Shown here: piece by piece, positions 49,568-61,047 of the stretch
Position numbering within the stretch: position 1 is the first letter of the stretch
How the letters are laid out: each line of letters starts with the position of its first letter
NCBI GenBank assembly: GCA_036630325.1
Contig: CP142726.1
Span: forward strand, 1,302,001-1,366,000
Length of the DNA stretch: 64,000 bases
DNA from: Vairimorpha necatrix
Lineage: Eukaryota
Reading direction: 5' to 3'
The notes under the pieces: model-generated
The model's input: the letters and a program-made list of their open reading frames with translations, nothing else
Databases searched by the model: none
What the model was told of the DNA's origin: nothing
Program-made: the position numbers and the translations under genes

Positions 49568-49850
49568 GATGTTAGGGCTAAAATATATTTATACGAGAAA
49601 AATGTTGTGTATCTTTCTGGGCGCAATTATAATGAATACTAATTCTATTGGTCTAAATCCAACAGATAAGGCTTTTTGATTTTAATGAGTAAGAATCGCA
49701 CAGTACCAGCAGGAATAAAAACTTAGTTAAAGATTTTTATAATCCTATGTAAGATTTTCCTAACTTTTACAAAAAATCAATGCATAAAAATTTAAAAACT
49801 TTTTTATAGTTTTTTTTGCATAAACAGTTTGTTGGTTTTACAAACAAAGT

Positions 49851-51077
49851 TTAATTATATGTAAGATATCTCGGAGTACTCGAAAATTTAGCATATCCTT
49901 TTATAACCTTGTCTACACTTTTTAAGAAATCTTCTTCTGTTGCAATTTTTCTTCTATCTCTTATAGCAAACATGCCAGCCTCAGTACATACACTTCTCAG
50001 TTCTGCTCCTGTTGCATTATTACATAATCTTGCTATTAGTTCGTACCTAATGTCTTTGTCTACGCTCATAGTTTTTGCATGAATTTTCAAGATTGCTGTT
50101 CGCCCTTCTAAATCTGGTAGAGAAAATTCGACTTTTCTATCAAGTCGCCCTGGTCTCAGAAGAGCAGGATCTAAAGTATCAGGTCTATTAGTAGCCATAA
50201 GTACTTTTATATTTCCTCTACTATCAAATCCATCGAGTTGATTTATTAATTCCAACATTGTTCTTTGAACTTCGTTGTCTCCACTGTCTTCAAATCTTGT
50301 GCCTCCAAAGGCGTCGACTTCGTCAAAGAAGATGATGCAAGCTTTTCTTGTTTTTGCCATGTCGAATATTTCTCTGACCATTCTGGCCCCTTCCCCGACA
50401 TATTTTTGGACTAATTCTGATCCTATGACTCTTATAAAACATGCGTCTGTTCTATTGGCCACTGCTCTGGCCAGAAGAGTTTTACCCGTTCCAGGTGGCC
50501 CATAAAGCAAGACTCCTTTGGGTGGGTCAATTCCTAAATTGATAAATCTTTCTGGTTCTAAAAGAGGTTTCTCTACTACTTCTCTAATTTTCTCTATTTC
50601 TTCTTTACATCCTCCTATGTCATTGTAAGTCACGTCTGGTCTTTCCTCGACTTGCATGAGTGTGACACTTGCGTCTATTTTTCTTGGCAGTGGCTGTAGT
50701 ACTTGGTATTTTACTCTATCGACGCCCACTCGTATGCCATCCTGGATTAAAGATGCGTCTACTTTTTTACCTTTCCCTACTACAAATTTGGCCATTTGTT
50801 TTATATTTATCATGTATCTTGGCTCTTGGTAGCCTTCGATTATTTTACAAACCCTGGCCACTTGTAAACTTTGCTCGCTTTGAGATCTCTGGCTATCAGA
50901 CTTGAGATTCCAAGCAGAAGGTGGGGCGAGGCCTGTTTCCACTTCTCTAGTGCCTAGTTTTAGTGAAATACTGTCAAATGTACTTTTTATTATATTTTCA
51001 GTCTCAGTTATTTTGTCAGCATAGTAATTTTTCCCATAGCTCAAAATGAGGCCTATCTCATTTTCCTGAAGTGCCAT
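49851..51077 (-). CDS. RPT1: 26S proteasome AAA-ATPase Rpt1 (regulatory subunit 7)
   Basis: [62 protein letters not shown] follows CCCCTAAA. Confidence 0.97.
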   Translation of the reverse strand: MALQENEIGLILSYGKNYYADKITETENIIKSTFDSISLKLGTREVETGLAPPSAWNLKSDSQRSQSEQSLQVARVCKIIEGYQEPRYMINIKQMAKFVVGKGKKVDASLIQDGIRVGVDRVKYQVLQPLPRKIDASVTLMQVEERPDVTYNDIGGCKEEIEKIREVVEKPLLEPERFINLGIDPPKGVLLYGPPGTGKTLLARAVANRTDACFIRVIGSELVQKYVGEGARMVREIFDMAKTRKACIIFFDEVDAFGGTRFEDSGDNEVQRTMLELINQLDGFDSRGNIKVLMATNRPDTLDPALLRPGRLDRKVEFSLPDLEGRTAILKIHAKTMSVDKDIRYELIARLCNNATGAELRSVCTEAGMFAIRDRRKIATEEDFLKSVDKVIKGYAKFSSTPRYLTYN

Positions 51078-51166
51078 TTTAGGGGATAGAAAAATCGACA
51101 TTTTAACTTTAGACTCATTTCATCTTACAGATAGATCTAAAAAAAGATTATTTCAAGTTAAATTGT

Positions 51167-51826
51167 TTATTGTTTAATTTTATACCATTTTTCGGATTTC
51201 CGAAAATATACGCCTTCTTCTTTTACTTTTATTTCGTCTACATTCTTGATTTTCATAAATGTCTCTTCTTCTAAATTGTAAATTCCCTTTGAATCCACCA
51301 CGAATTTATCATGTGCAAATTTAAAACCGTGACAGGGAATTTCTTTCTCTTTCCATTTAATTTTATCATTGTAAACTACACAAATATCATTTCCAACCAG
51401 AGAAATGTGCTTTACATTGAATTGTAAATTATCAAATAATTCTTCATTTACAAATATTTGACCGGTCTTGTCTAAGTACAAAATTTTATCTTCGGAATTT
51501 ACACTGAAGAAATCGACGCTTTCTTTTACTAGTTCGTATGACAAATCCGCAAACTTTGTTCTCCAGAGATTTCCATTAGAAAAATGCGCATAAATAAAAG
51601 TGTCCGAGAATTTTACAGTAGAAATTTGTTCATCGTGGCCTTCGTATAATTTTACAATTAAGTAATCTGGTTTATTTATTAAACATATAGTAGTATTAGA
51701 AAATATTACGAAGATGAAGTTGTCTTTATAAATTGTAGTGTGAATTTTACCAGGTAAGATTTCTAATAATAAATTGGTAGAAAAGCCATTTACCAATTCA
51801 AAATCTCCTTTGATTGTTTTAAACAT
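51167..51826 (-). CDS. Hypothetical beta-propeller/WD40-like protein
   Basis: 219-aa ORF in a gene-dense block. YEGHDEQISTVKF resembles a WD40 repeat start. Confidence 0.6.
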   Translation of the reverse strand: MFKTIKGDFELVNGFSTNLLLEILPGKIHTTIYKDNFIFVIFSNTTICLINKPDYLIVKLYEGHDEQISTVKFSDTFIYAHFSNGNLWRTKFADLSYELVKESVDFFSVNSEDKILYLDKTGQIFVNEELFDNLQFNVKHISLVGNDICVVYNDKIKWKEKEIPCHGFKFAHDKFVVDSKGIYNLEEETFMKIKNVDEIKVKEEGVYFRKSEKWYKIKQ

Positions 51827-51907
51827 GGCCTGTAAAATCTACGAAATCAAATTTAAAAATTTATTCATATTTACATTTACAAAAAATTAATTTTTTAAGA
51901 TTTTCAA

Positions 51908-51979
51908 GCCACTGTAGCTCAGTGGTAGAGCGTCAGTCTTGTAAACTGAAGGTCCTGAGTTCGATTCTCAGTCGTGGCA
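51908..51979 (+). tRNA. tRNA-Thr (anticodon TGT)
   Basis: Cloverleaf with D arm GCTC-AGTGGTA-GAGC, anticodon arm TCAGT-CTTGTAA-ACTGA and T arm CTGAG-TTCGATT-CTCAG. Followed by TTTT. Confidence 0.95.
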
Positions 51980-52033
51980 TTTTGTTTTATGCTTTAGATT
52001 TATTTATGACTTCGGGTCTCTTTGCCCTCAGAA

Positions 52034-52372
52034 ATGATTGTCCAGTACATTTTCTTAGTTTCAAATATTAAAACAATAAAGAAAGGCGCTCTAATTGCAC
52101 AGGCGTGTCATGCTGCCATTAAAGCGATACACACATACAAGGACTCTGAAGATACAAAAGAATACTTAAATTTAATATATTCTATGACGACTGTCATACT
52201 AAAAATATCCACTGAAGATATAAAAATAATTTCCGAAAAATTTTCTTCTTTAGATTTTGTCGAGTGGGTTGAGCAGCCTGAAAATTTGACTACTTGTTTG
52301 GCACTTCGTCCATACAAAATTAAAGATTTAGAAGATTTTTTGCCATTTATTAAAAATTATAAACTTTTTTAA
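52034..52372 (+). CDS. Peptidyl-tRNA hydrolase PTH2-family (PTRHD1-like) protein
   Basis: QYI, GALIAQACHAA, M.TVILK, W.EQPEN..TCLALRPY. ATG follows CCCTCAGAA. Confidence 0.88.
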   Translation: MIVQYIFLVSNIKTIKKGALIAQACHAAIKAIHTYKDSEDTKEYLNLIYSMTTVILKISTEDIKIISEKFSSLDFVEWVEQPENLTTCLALRPYKIKDLEDFLPFIKNYKLF

Positions 52373-52382
52373 TTATTATCTT

Positions 52383-53042
52383 TTATTTATATTCATCTTT
52401 AAGACTGTAAATACTCTTATGATCTTTTTTATCTACATTACATATCTCATTAACTATCTCTTGAATAAAAGCAGTAGGCTGGCCTGTAAAATCTGCCAAA
52501 TCTCTAACAGTCCAATTTTCATATTTTTCAAAAGCATTAAAAACAATATTCAGCACTTCATTTTTATCAAGTCTTTCTCTTTTTTTGTCAATAAGCATTT
52601 GCTTCCTCTTTTTGGCGAGTACTTCCATTTCTCTTAAATTTCCAAATTTCTCCATTCTTATTCCTTCCCCGAGTGAATCAATAGTTTCAGTCGTATTCTC
52701 AAGCTTATTGGCATGTTCTTTTTTATATTCGATATATTTCCTGTTTATTACAGGCGTAACAAGCAACTCATTATCAACTACGCCTTCTACAGCAGAAGAA
52801 TCTTGTGTACTGGCTAAAACATAAATATCAGAAGAAGATCTGTCTACTTGTTTAACATTGTAATGTGTGGGAATATTTGATCCTGTTTTATCAAAAATTA
52901 CAAGAGAAATTCTACCATCATTTTCAACATTTAACTCACCTATTTCCATTTCTCTTTTTATATTTGAAAGATAATTTCCAAGATATTTTGGAAGTTTGGC
53001 TATGTTTATCTTCTTATTTTTATTTCTATCATTAATCTCCAT
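52383..53042 (-). CDS. TFG2: Transcription factor IIF beta subunit (RAP30/Tfg2)
   Basis: N-terminal IAKLPKYL. C-terminal winged helix RLDK.EV...VF.AFEKY..W....L...T.QP..F..EI..EI. Confidence 0.88.
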   Translation of the reverse strand: MEINDRNKNKKINIAKLPKYLGNYLSNIKREMEIGELNVENDGRISLVIFDKTGSNIPTHYNVKQVDRSSSDIYVLASTQDSSAVEGVVDNELLVTPVINRKYIEYKKEHANKLENTTETIDSLGEGIRMEKFGNLREMEVLAKKRKQMLIDKKRERLDKNEVLNIVFNAFEKYENWTVRDLADFTGQPTAFIQEIVNEICNVDKKDHKSIYSLKDEYK

Positions 53043-55424
53043 TTTAAGGAAGAGGGAGAAAAGCGCGCTCTTATAGTAAAAAAAACATTTTAAAGCTTGT
53101 GTTTATATTTTGGAAAAATTGAATTTATTTGAAGATTTTTTTAATCTTTTGGTTTAATTAGAACATCACTAAAAAAAGTTAAGATTATTCAAGACACTGT
53201 CTAAAACTCATTACTCTTTTTGGAAATTTCGCGATATGTTTCAAAGTCTTCTTAATGTCTCTGCTGTGTATACACTTGGATTCTGCAATAATTTCAAGCT
53301 TCGTTTTGTATCTTATATACATGTCTAGTTAGATTAAATTTTATTAAAAAAAAATACACCATATTTTTCCAACTTGGAAAAAAAAAACTTTTATACTATG
53401 CATAATACGAAAGAATTTTCTGTAAGTGTATATTGTGTCCTGATTTTCGTAGAATATAATTTATTTAAATCTGCGGCATTTTAATCAACATGAGTTGACG
53501 CATCCATTTTCGAAATATATTTGCCTGTAAAGTCATGTCGGTCATCAAAATTTTTTTTTGTAAAGAGGTAAAGCGAGTAAAAATAAGTTCTTAAAAAAAT
53601 AAGGTAAATCTTTTGTATTGAGACGTATTTGTAGTCGGAATTTCAATTTAAAATTTTAGAAAGGCCCAAATCTTTTTCTTTTTAGGGAACTGGTAGAGAT
53701 ATATGCAGTATAAGTTTTCTTCTTTAATTTTGTGTTCTTATAAACAATTTGAGCTCATTTTTCAAAAATTTTAGATTTATACGCATTTATTGTTCTCATG
53801 TGTTAAATTTGATTCATTAAATGCTTACCAGATTTTTATGTATTTTTTCTTGTAAAATTTACAGAAATATTAAACAAGATTAGAATAAATAATAAAGTAT
53901 AATAAAATGATTGAATATTGTATTCTACTTCATATATCTGGTGCTGTACTATAAAATGGCTTGTATTAACTTAAACAAATATTATAAATTATATAAAAAT
54001 TTTATTGGACGTTGTCTAAGTAATAACGTCTTTTTTTGCATTAATATTCGATAGGTAGAAATTTATACAAAGTTCATAAGCATTCGAGCACATGTTGCAT
54101 TGAAATGTTAAGGTTTTATTCAGATAACCTTATATAACATAAACCAGACGTTTTAAAAGATTTTTTAAACTTATTTAATTTAGTAAAAAATAATTTTACA
54201 ATTCATATTTATAGACACTCAAATGATTTATATTAGATTTTTCTTTATTATATCTTTAATTGCTCTGCTAAAATTATCATATTATTAATACATAATTTGT
54301 CTTCTTAGTATTCATCTCCTTATTCCACTACATCGACAACTTGAATTTATTAGATCGAGTTAATTTCTTGCACCTGCAAGCCGCGACCAGCGTGTTGCAT
54401 AATTGTTTTATTGTGATCCACAAAACTTTCCTGCTGTACTTCGTCATGTCTGCAAGTTAATTTAAGGAATCTCCGCTATTAGTAGGATGTATAATAATAA
54501 AGTTTAATGCCATATATTACGCGAACACCAAAGTTGCATTAAATGCATAATTTTCTGTGCTTTAAAATCGATTTTAATGCAGACATAAATCGACTTTAGC
54601 TCTACGAAATACAAGTTTTGCTATCAATTTATCTTTAGACTGTAAAAATTTAATTACCTATGGCTGATAAAACCCGTTAAGACTCCAAAAAATTTGTCCT
54701 AATGTTGATCTAAGCGTGGGTTTATATTGTGTATATGTTTTGGATCATAAGATTTCGTTCACATCACAAGAAATTTTTTTCAAGAGGTTATACATTTTTT
54801 ATTTATGAAAAAAATATAATGACATTAAAAAAGCAGACACAATTTAAAAAAAATATGCAAAAGTAAAAGTAAATCTTATTTTGTAATTTTATTAGGTTCT
54901 AATCATCAAAAAAAATCAAATTTTGTAATGAGACTAAAACTTGAATGACTATATTGAGACTATATGGGATAAAGTATAATTTAATCTTTTTTAATAATCT
55001 GTATGAGTTGTTAGATAAAAAAATAATGTTTAAAATCCTAATAACTAGATATAGTATTTGATAATATAAAACCCCCATAAAGCAACGCTTAATCATATAA
55101 ACATTTCTAAAATGCTAATTTGAAAATAGAAATCTCAGTGTATATGATATTTTGCTATTTCACTTTTTTTTAATAAAATCGAGCTGAAAAATATTGAATA
55201 TATTATAAAAGTAAACTATAACATTATCTAATATAATTACCTGAGAAATAAAGTTATGTGTATTGTTATATGAAAAATATTAATAAATTAATAAAAATTA
55301 AAGTCAATTGAGAAAGTAGATATTTTTACTGGATATTACAAAAAAAACGTCATCGTTTAAAAAGTTAAAACCAAATCGCGAACTAATATTGTAGAAGAAT
55401 TATATAAAAAAAGTATTTGGCAAA

Positions 55425-55970
55425 ATAATATTCTTAGTCCCCGCCCATGAGGGTATACATTTTTTTAGCCTCAAACACAAAGTTCAAAAAAAGATGACAT
55501 AAAGGCAATAACTTATACTAATCACAGCAATAAAAAAAATATAAAATCAATACATATCAAATTATCAAAATTAATTATAGAATACGAAATTACTAGCTCA
55601 TTCATATTAAGTATATTTTAAACATTGTATTTTTGTCTAATTAATAGAATATACATAAAAAAAATTCTATTCAAACAAAGAATGGTAAAAAAATATTAGA
55701 TGATATATATAGGATAATTTAACACATATTTAGTATTTTTAAATCATATGGTGCGAAGAAATTATTTTTAAACTTTGGTCAAATGGGTTTTAGATATGGT
55801 TTAGTAGTGATAACATATATTCGAACTTTGTATACAAAAACATGTTAATTTGTTATTTTTAATGAAATCATACTCGCAATTTCTGTACGTTTCTTGTTTC
55901 TCTTTTTTGAATTTGAGTTTTTGTAGCTAAAAAATAAAAAACGAAAGAATGATAATTGCTAGTATCGGTA
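55425..55970. mobile_element. Possible very old TIR element (MITE remnant)
   Basis: TTTTTTTAGC....AACACAAAGTTCAAAAAAAGA (~55460-55495) is mirrored by TCTTTTTTGAATTTGAGTTTTTGTAGCTAAAAAA (~55901-55935). No TSD found. Confidence 0.35.
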
Positions 55971-56389
55971 CCCGTCAAACGTTTCAATTAATAATTTAAT
56001 TAAGAAACATAAATTTTTTATTGATTTATTATCTGGTTTTTTTAATAAATAGAAAAATTAAGACCAACAACAACACTTATTCTAAAGCAAATCGCAATAT
56101 TGTATCATAAAATTTGTAGATAGTAGAAGTTTTGGATAAAAATTAATAATAAATTTTTTTTTATCAATTTGATTTCATGTTTACTCTATAGGCAGGAGAA
56201 GTTTGTTAAAGAGAATATAAAATATTTTCAATTAGTATTATTAACATGTAATTGTCGTTATGATATAAAATTATACATAGTAAATTAAAAAAAATCAATT
56301 CCATGACTATACCAATATTATTAACGATTTTATAAAAAATTTTATCCTATGTTATTATATATTTAAAATAACATACTAACAGTATAGAT

Positions 56390-59097
56390 CAGAGGTGGGC
56401 AAATACTTTAAAGCTGTGGGCCAAAATGAATTTTTTAAAATGTCTCCCGGGCCGGAGGACTATTTCGGCTTTGCTTTACACAAGCGGAAATTTCGGATAA
56501 GTTTTTTCCCTGCCCATTTTTAACAAAACTATTAAGTATCATTTCAATTAGATAATAATATGTCAAGTACCTTTTAAGGAAATATTATTATAAATAAATG
56601 GCTATTAGATAAACCACACAATTTAAGGTTTTATTTTGTTACATTTTAATGTCTTAACGATATTAATTATTTTATATTGACACATGGTTATTACAATTTA
56701 ACATTTATATTGCATCATTAAATATAATAGTAAAAAAATTCAAAAAAGAAAAAAAACATCAAACGTTAAAATAAATATTTAATGTTAATGCGAAACGTGA
56801 AATGTCGAATGTTCTTCCGACATTATTTCTTCAAAATTAGGTTCTAAATCACTTGTAGCAATCCTTAGTACCGAGTGTAGATTTTCGTCAGTAATTTGTG
56901 ATCGATATTTATTTTTCGTGGAAACCATTAAAGAAAGGGTTCTTTCACAAATATAAGTCGAACCAAATAAAACGAGACATTTCTGAGCATAGTTCAAAAA
57001 ATGTTTGAAATGTTCATTATTTAACGCGCCATAGAAAGCACTCAATTCGTTTGAGTGAAAATTTTCTTTTAGTAAATTATTTGATTGTAAGTCAATTAGT
57101 TCTAGTTGAATTTCAACAGGAGCTTCTTGCACGTCGAAATTGAAAGGATGGCCAATTAATGATAAAGGTTTTTCAATATTTTTGAAATCTTCTTTGGATT
57201 TCAGAATGCAGGTCTTGTGTTATTGCACTATATTTAAAAAAATCTGTATTTTTTAATGATTCTCGCCGTGCTTGCAATGAGGGGAAATGATTTAATAATT
57301 TATTATTAAAGTTTTCAGCAAATAAATTAAGTTTTGTCATAAATGCTTTGACGTTTGAGTGCATTTTGAAAGCGATTTTGTTTTACCTTGTAGATTTATA
57401 TTTAGTTCATTCAAATATTTTACTATATCTACTGAAAACGAGAAATCGTTTAGCCAAGCCTCATTTTGCAATTCAGGAAAATCTTGTAGTTTTTCTTTTA
57501 TCGACAAGAATGATGCTATTTCATCAAGCAAATATTGAAATCTATGTAAAACTTTACCAATGCTAAGCCATCTCACTTCAGTGTAATAGGGAATTTCGTA
57601 GTAGTCACTTTCAATTTTTTTCAAAAATTCAAGAAACTGTCGATGATTTAATGCACGTCCTCGGATAAAATTTACAATTTTGGTCACAACAGTAACGACG
57701 TGATTCAATTTCAAAACTTTTCTGCATAGAATTATTTGGTGAATAATGCAGTGCAAAAATAATATATCGTGTTCTGGTTGTAACTTTTTTACTTTGTCGC
57801 GAATTCGTTTAAGTAAGCCTATATTTTTCCCCGTTAAACTAAGACAGCCATCCGTAGTGACGCTTTCTATTTTATTCCAAGTTAAACTAACTTTAACTAA
57901 ATACTCTTCAACAGCGAGAAAAAAGTCTTTACCAGTAGTTGTATTTGTATTGGATGCACACTAAGAAGTTCCTCGATAATTTCACATTTCTTATTAATGC
58001 CGCGAATAAATATTAATAATTGACTTGTATCAGTAATATCGCAGGACTCATCTAAAGCCAGAGAACAATAAGTAAAATCAGCAATTTTTCTGCTTAGCTG
58101 GTCAAGTAAGTTTCCTGAAATATTTTCAATCCGGCGTACTATTGTTCTTCTCGAAAGGCTTAGATTTTCAAAAATAAGTTTCTTTTCAGGACAACATATC
58201 TCCGACACTTGTACCATGCATTGTTTAACAAATTCTGCTTCTGAAAACGGCTTACAGAACTTAGCAATTTTGTGTGCGACAGCATAACTTGCTTTTGTAG
58301 TAGATTTTATAATATTAATTCGTTTGGTAAAAATTTTTTGTTGCTAATTCAAGTTATTTGTTAAGTTTTCAGCTATGTTTTAGTTCTTGTAAAGAAAGTG
58401 ATGCATATTTTGGATGTTTTGTTGTAAAATGCCTGCTTAAATTGTATTCTTTGAAAACATCAATTGTTTCCTGACAAACTAAACAAATTGCTTTCTTATT
58501 AATGTTTGTAAAAAGATATTTTACCGTCCAATCTTCATTGAAGTTTCTGCATTCCAAATCAACTTTTCTTTTTTTAATTTCTCTCATTTTAAAAGGGCTA
58601 TAAAAAAATAAGTTAAATAAAAACAATAAAAAAAACCAAAGTTTTAAAAATTTACTTACAAAAGTCCACTTTTTCAATTTTATATATGCAAACCAATGGT
58701 AGATTCGAACTAAAAAAGAGTATGCGATCAGAATAAAATAATAATTAACAATGCGGGTGTGCGTTCTGTCGTCCCCCAAACATTGAGAGGCCGAGAGGAG
58801 TGCAGCATATAACGTCCACACATGCATTTTAAACCTAGCGCGATCTACTTTATGTTCGATGAACCCCCCGCCATGAGAGCGATTGTCGCGAGCGACCCGC
58901 ATCGTTCACACTAGTTAATCAGCCAAACGCTTATTTTATTTCGCCTATTATATATACAGTTCGTATACTAATAATGTTTATGTCAACAAAATCTCATAAA
59001 GAGTTTTAAAAAAATTGCGTTAGAATTTTTAAGCGGGCCGGATAAAATTAGCAAAAGGGCCGGATCCGGCCCGCGGGCCGGCTTTTGCCCACCTCTG
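56390..59097 (-). mobile_element. Full-length hAT transposon, Buster/SPIN (GTF2IRD2-like) type
   Basis: TIR CAGAGGTGGGCAAA / TTTGCCCACCTCTG. Perfect 8-bp TSD GTATAGAT at 56382-56389 and 59098-59105. GGCCCGCGGGCC subterminal motifs. Confidence 0.95.
56785..58587 (-). pseudogene. hAT transposase, disrupted by several frameshifts and at least one stop
   Basis: KRKVD.E.R.F...W..KY.F...CLVC......KEYNL.RHF.TKH, SLALDESCD..DT.QL.IFIRG, TTDG, HCIIHQ, VRWLS.GKVL.RF, FGSTYICE...S. Confidence 0.92.
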
Positions 59098-59358
59098 GTA
59101 TAGATCTATATTTATTAATATGAAAACATAAAAAACCATTGAACTAATGTGAGCATGTCACAAATATTAACTGTAAAATTTGTTTCTTTTTTTATAAAAA
59201 ACTAGATATTTGATATAAACTAATAAAATGTATAAAATAAACTTTTTATTTAAGATGAATATTCATTACATTTTCTTTTTTTCCTATATGATATCATTGA
59301 TAATAAAATATATTTATTTTACATAATTTCTATAAAAAAAAATTTGTTATACCCCATT

Positions 59359-61047
59359 ATGAACATCAGCAAATTTTTATTTGCGATTGTATTTGTAGGA
59401 GCGAACCACAATTTGCTTGATGGTATTGTCAATGAAGTTATGTATAAAATTGAAGAAGGTGATTATATTTCATTAGATCTTAAAAAGGAGTACTCTAGCG
59501 TTAGCATATCTCCAGGGATTGTTGGACACATTGGTTATAGTATAAACGATATATATAATGATATTTATCCTTTTGAAAGAGACTTGCATGGACACGTATT
59601 TTGTGGAAAAAATTTACTTGAAACAATTAATGAATATAAGAGACAAATAGCTAAGAGCTATAGGTCTAAACTCACAGATTCAATTATTTTGATATACAAT
59701 AGAAATGAATTAGAAAGGTATATTGATTGCGCTAAAACTTATACAATTAGAGATGTAATTAAAGCGTCTATAAAAATACATAAAGAAAGACACTCAAAAA
59801 AACAAATTCATTTTGAATATATATGTGAAAAAAAATCTTATTTAGCAGAAGCAATAAAAGAAATGGTGAGAATTCGGCATTTAACTAAACTTAATTCATG
59901 TATTCCTGACTCATACATCAAAATAGATAAAAATTTAGCAAATAATGATCATAGCATAAGATTTAGAATAAATATAGAAGATATTTATTATTTTTTCGAA
60001 ATAAATATAAGGGAATTATCTAATACAATAATACCAATAACAATTGACAAGAATAAATTGGAAGATAAAGTATTTGCTAAATGTGTTTGTTTATTAGAAG
60101 ATCGTAATAATAAGTTTCCGTTTATACATTCTAATAATGTAATAAGAAATTTGATAGACGAAAACTATAAATTAGAAAAGAATAATATAGACAAAAGATA
60201 TATAGTAGATGAGAGCAAACGGGCGAAACTGGAGACAGAAAAAATCATCGACAAATTACATAAATATTTTATTGCCGACAAAAAGTACACAAATATAGAT
60301 GATCAAGGTCGCAACGAAATTATGAATTTGTTAATTAAGATCTCTGCTCTATCCAAGATAGAATATTACGAATGTACCGAATTGTTTTATTTTTTATTAG
60401 AAAATAATAAGCAAACTGAATTTTTTATTAGACGAATATTAGAAAATGCAAATACAGGGTTGAATACATTGTTAACACATTTTTTGATTATTATAAGAAT
60501 AATAGATAAAAATGAATTAAATATTATAATTGAAAAAGAAAAAAGTAATGCAAGTAAAAGAGAAGAAATCGTACAGAACATAATTAATTTATTGCACTGG
60601 CCAGGAGAAATAAGTTACCATTTTTTGAAAATTGTATTATTGATTTATGTAGAAGAATATATGAACGAAAATGACGTAAGTAAAAATGGATTTTTAAAAA
60701 CTTTAGAAGACGTTAGTACCAATATTGGATATAATGGAAATACAAAAGAACATAATAAAAGTAGAGAAAAACAGGATGTCAATTTGCTTCAAGTATTGAA
60801 TTTTATAATTTTGAAATTGAAAGAACATCATGAAAAATCCTTACAAAAAATATACGCAATTATATCATTACTTTCAGGTTCAACTAAAACCTTTTTGCTT
60901 AGCCATAAAACAGGCAAATTTGAAATGATTGAAAAGAATAAGATTTTTGAAGAGATTAAACTTCAAAATCTTAAGGTCGAAGAAGCTATTGACAACATTA
61001 GAAAAAAATTAACAGAAAAAGCTCAAGAAAAAAAAAATAAGAAATAA
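59359..61047 (+). CDS. Secreted family B protein, copy 3 (intact, ~562 aa, divergent)
   Basis: ATG follows CCCCATT. Signal-peptide-like N-terminus ending GAN. Shares IE.GDY.S.D, E.IC.K...L, FFE..I.EL and LF..LL.N.....FFI.RI..N with the 36.5-42.9 kb copies. Confidence 0.85.
   Translation: MNISKFLFAIVFVGANHNLLDGIVNEVMYKIEEGDYISLDLKKEYSSVSISPGIVGHIGYSINDIYNDIYPFERDLHGHVFCGKNLLETINEYKRQIAKSYRSKLTDSIILIYNRNELERYIDCAKTYTIRDVIKASIKIHKERHSKKQIHFEYICEKKSYLAEAIKEMVRIRHLTKLNSCIPDSYIKIDKNLANNDHSIRFRINIEDIYYFFEINIRELSNTIIPITIDKNKLEDKVFAKCVCLLEDRNNKFPFIHSNNVIRNLIDENYKLEKNNIDKRYIVDESKRAKLETEKIIDKLHKYFIADKKYTNIDDQGRNEIMNLLIKISALSKIEYYECTELFYFLLENNKQTEFFIRRILENANTGLNTLLTHFLIIIRIIDKNELNIIIEKEKSNASKREEIVQNIINLLHWPGEISYHFLKIVLLIYVEEYMNENDVSKNGFLKTLEDVSTNIGYNGNTKEHNKSREKQDVNLLQVLNFIILKLKEHHEKSLQKIYAIISLLSGSTKTFLLSHKTGKFEMIEKNKIFEEIKLQNLKVEEAIDNIRKKLTEKAQEKKNKK

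Noticed and set aside
51908..51979. tRNA pseudogene or editing substrate because of the T6:C67 mismatch in the acceptor stem
   Set aside because: It is a single mismatch with all other arms, the A/B boxes and the terminator intact, which is insufficient evidence.
53150..54760. Coding-like remnants downstream of the core block
   Set aside because: Too fragmented to assign. They may be pseudogene or TE debris.
58588..58902. N-terminal extension of the 177-aa ORF as a membrane-anchored transposase
   Set aside because: Transposase homology starts at MREIKKRK (58587). The extension is GTG-started read-through of the element's UTR with T-rich pseudo-hydrophobic codons.
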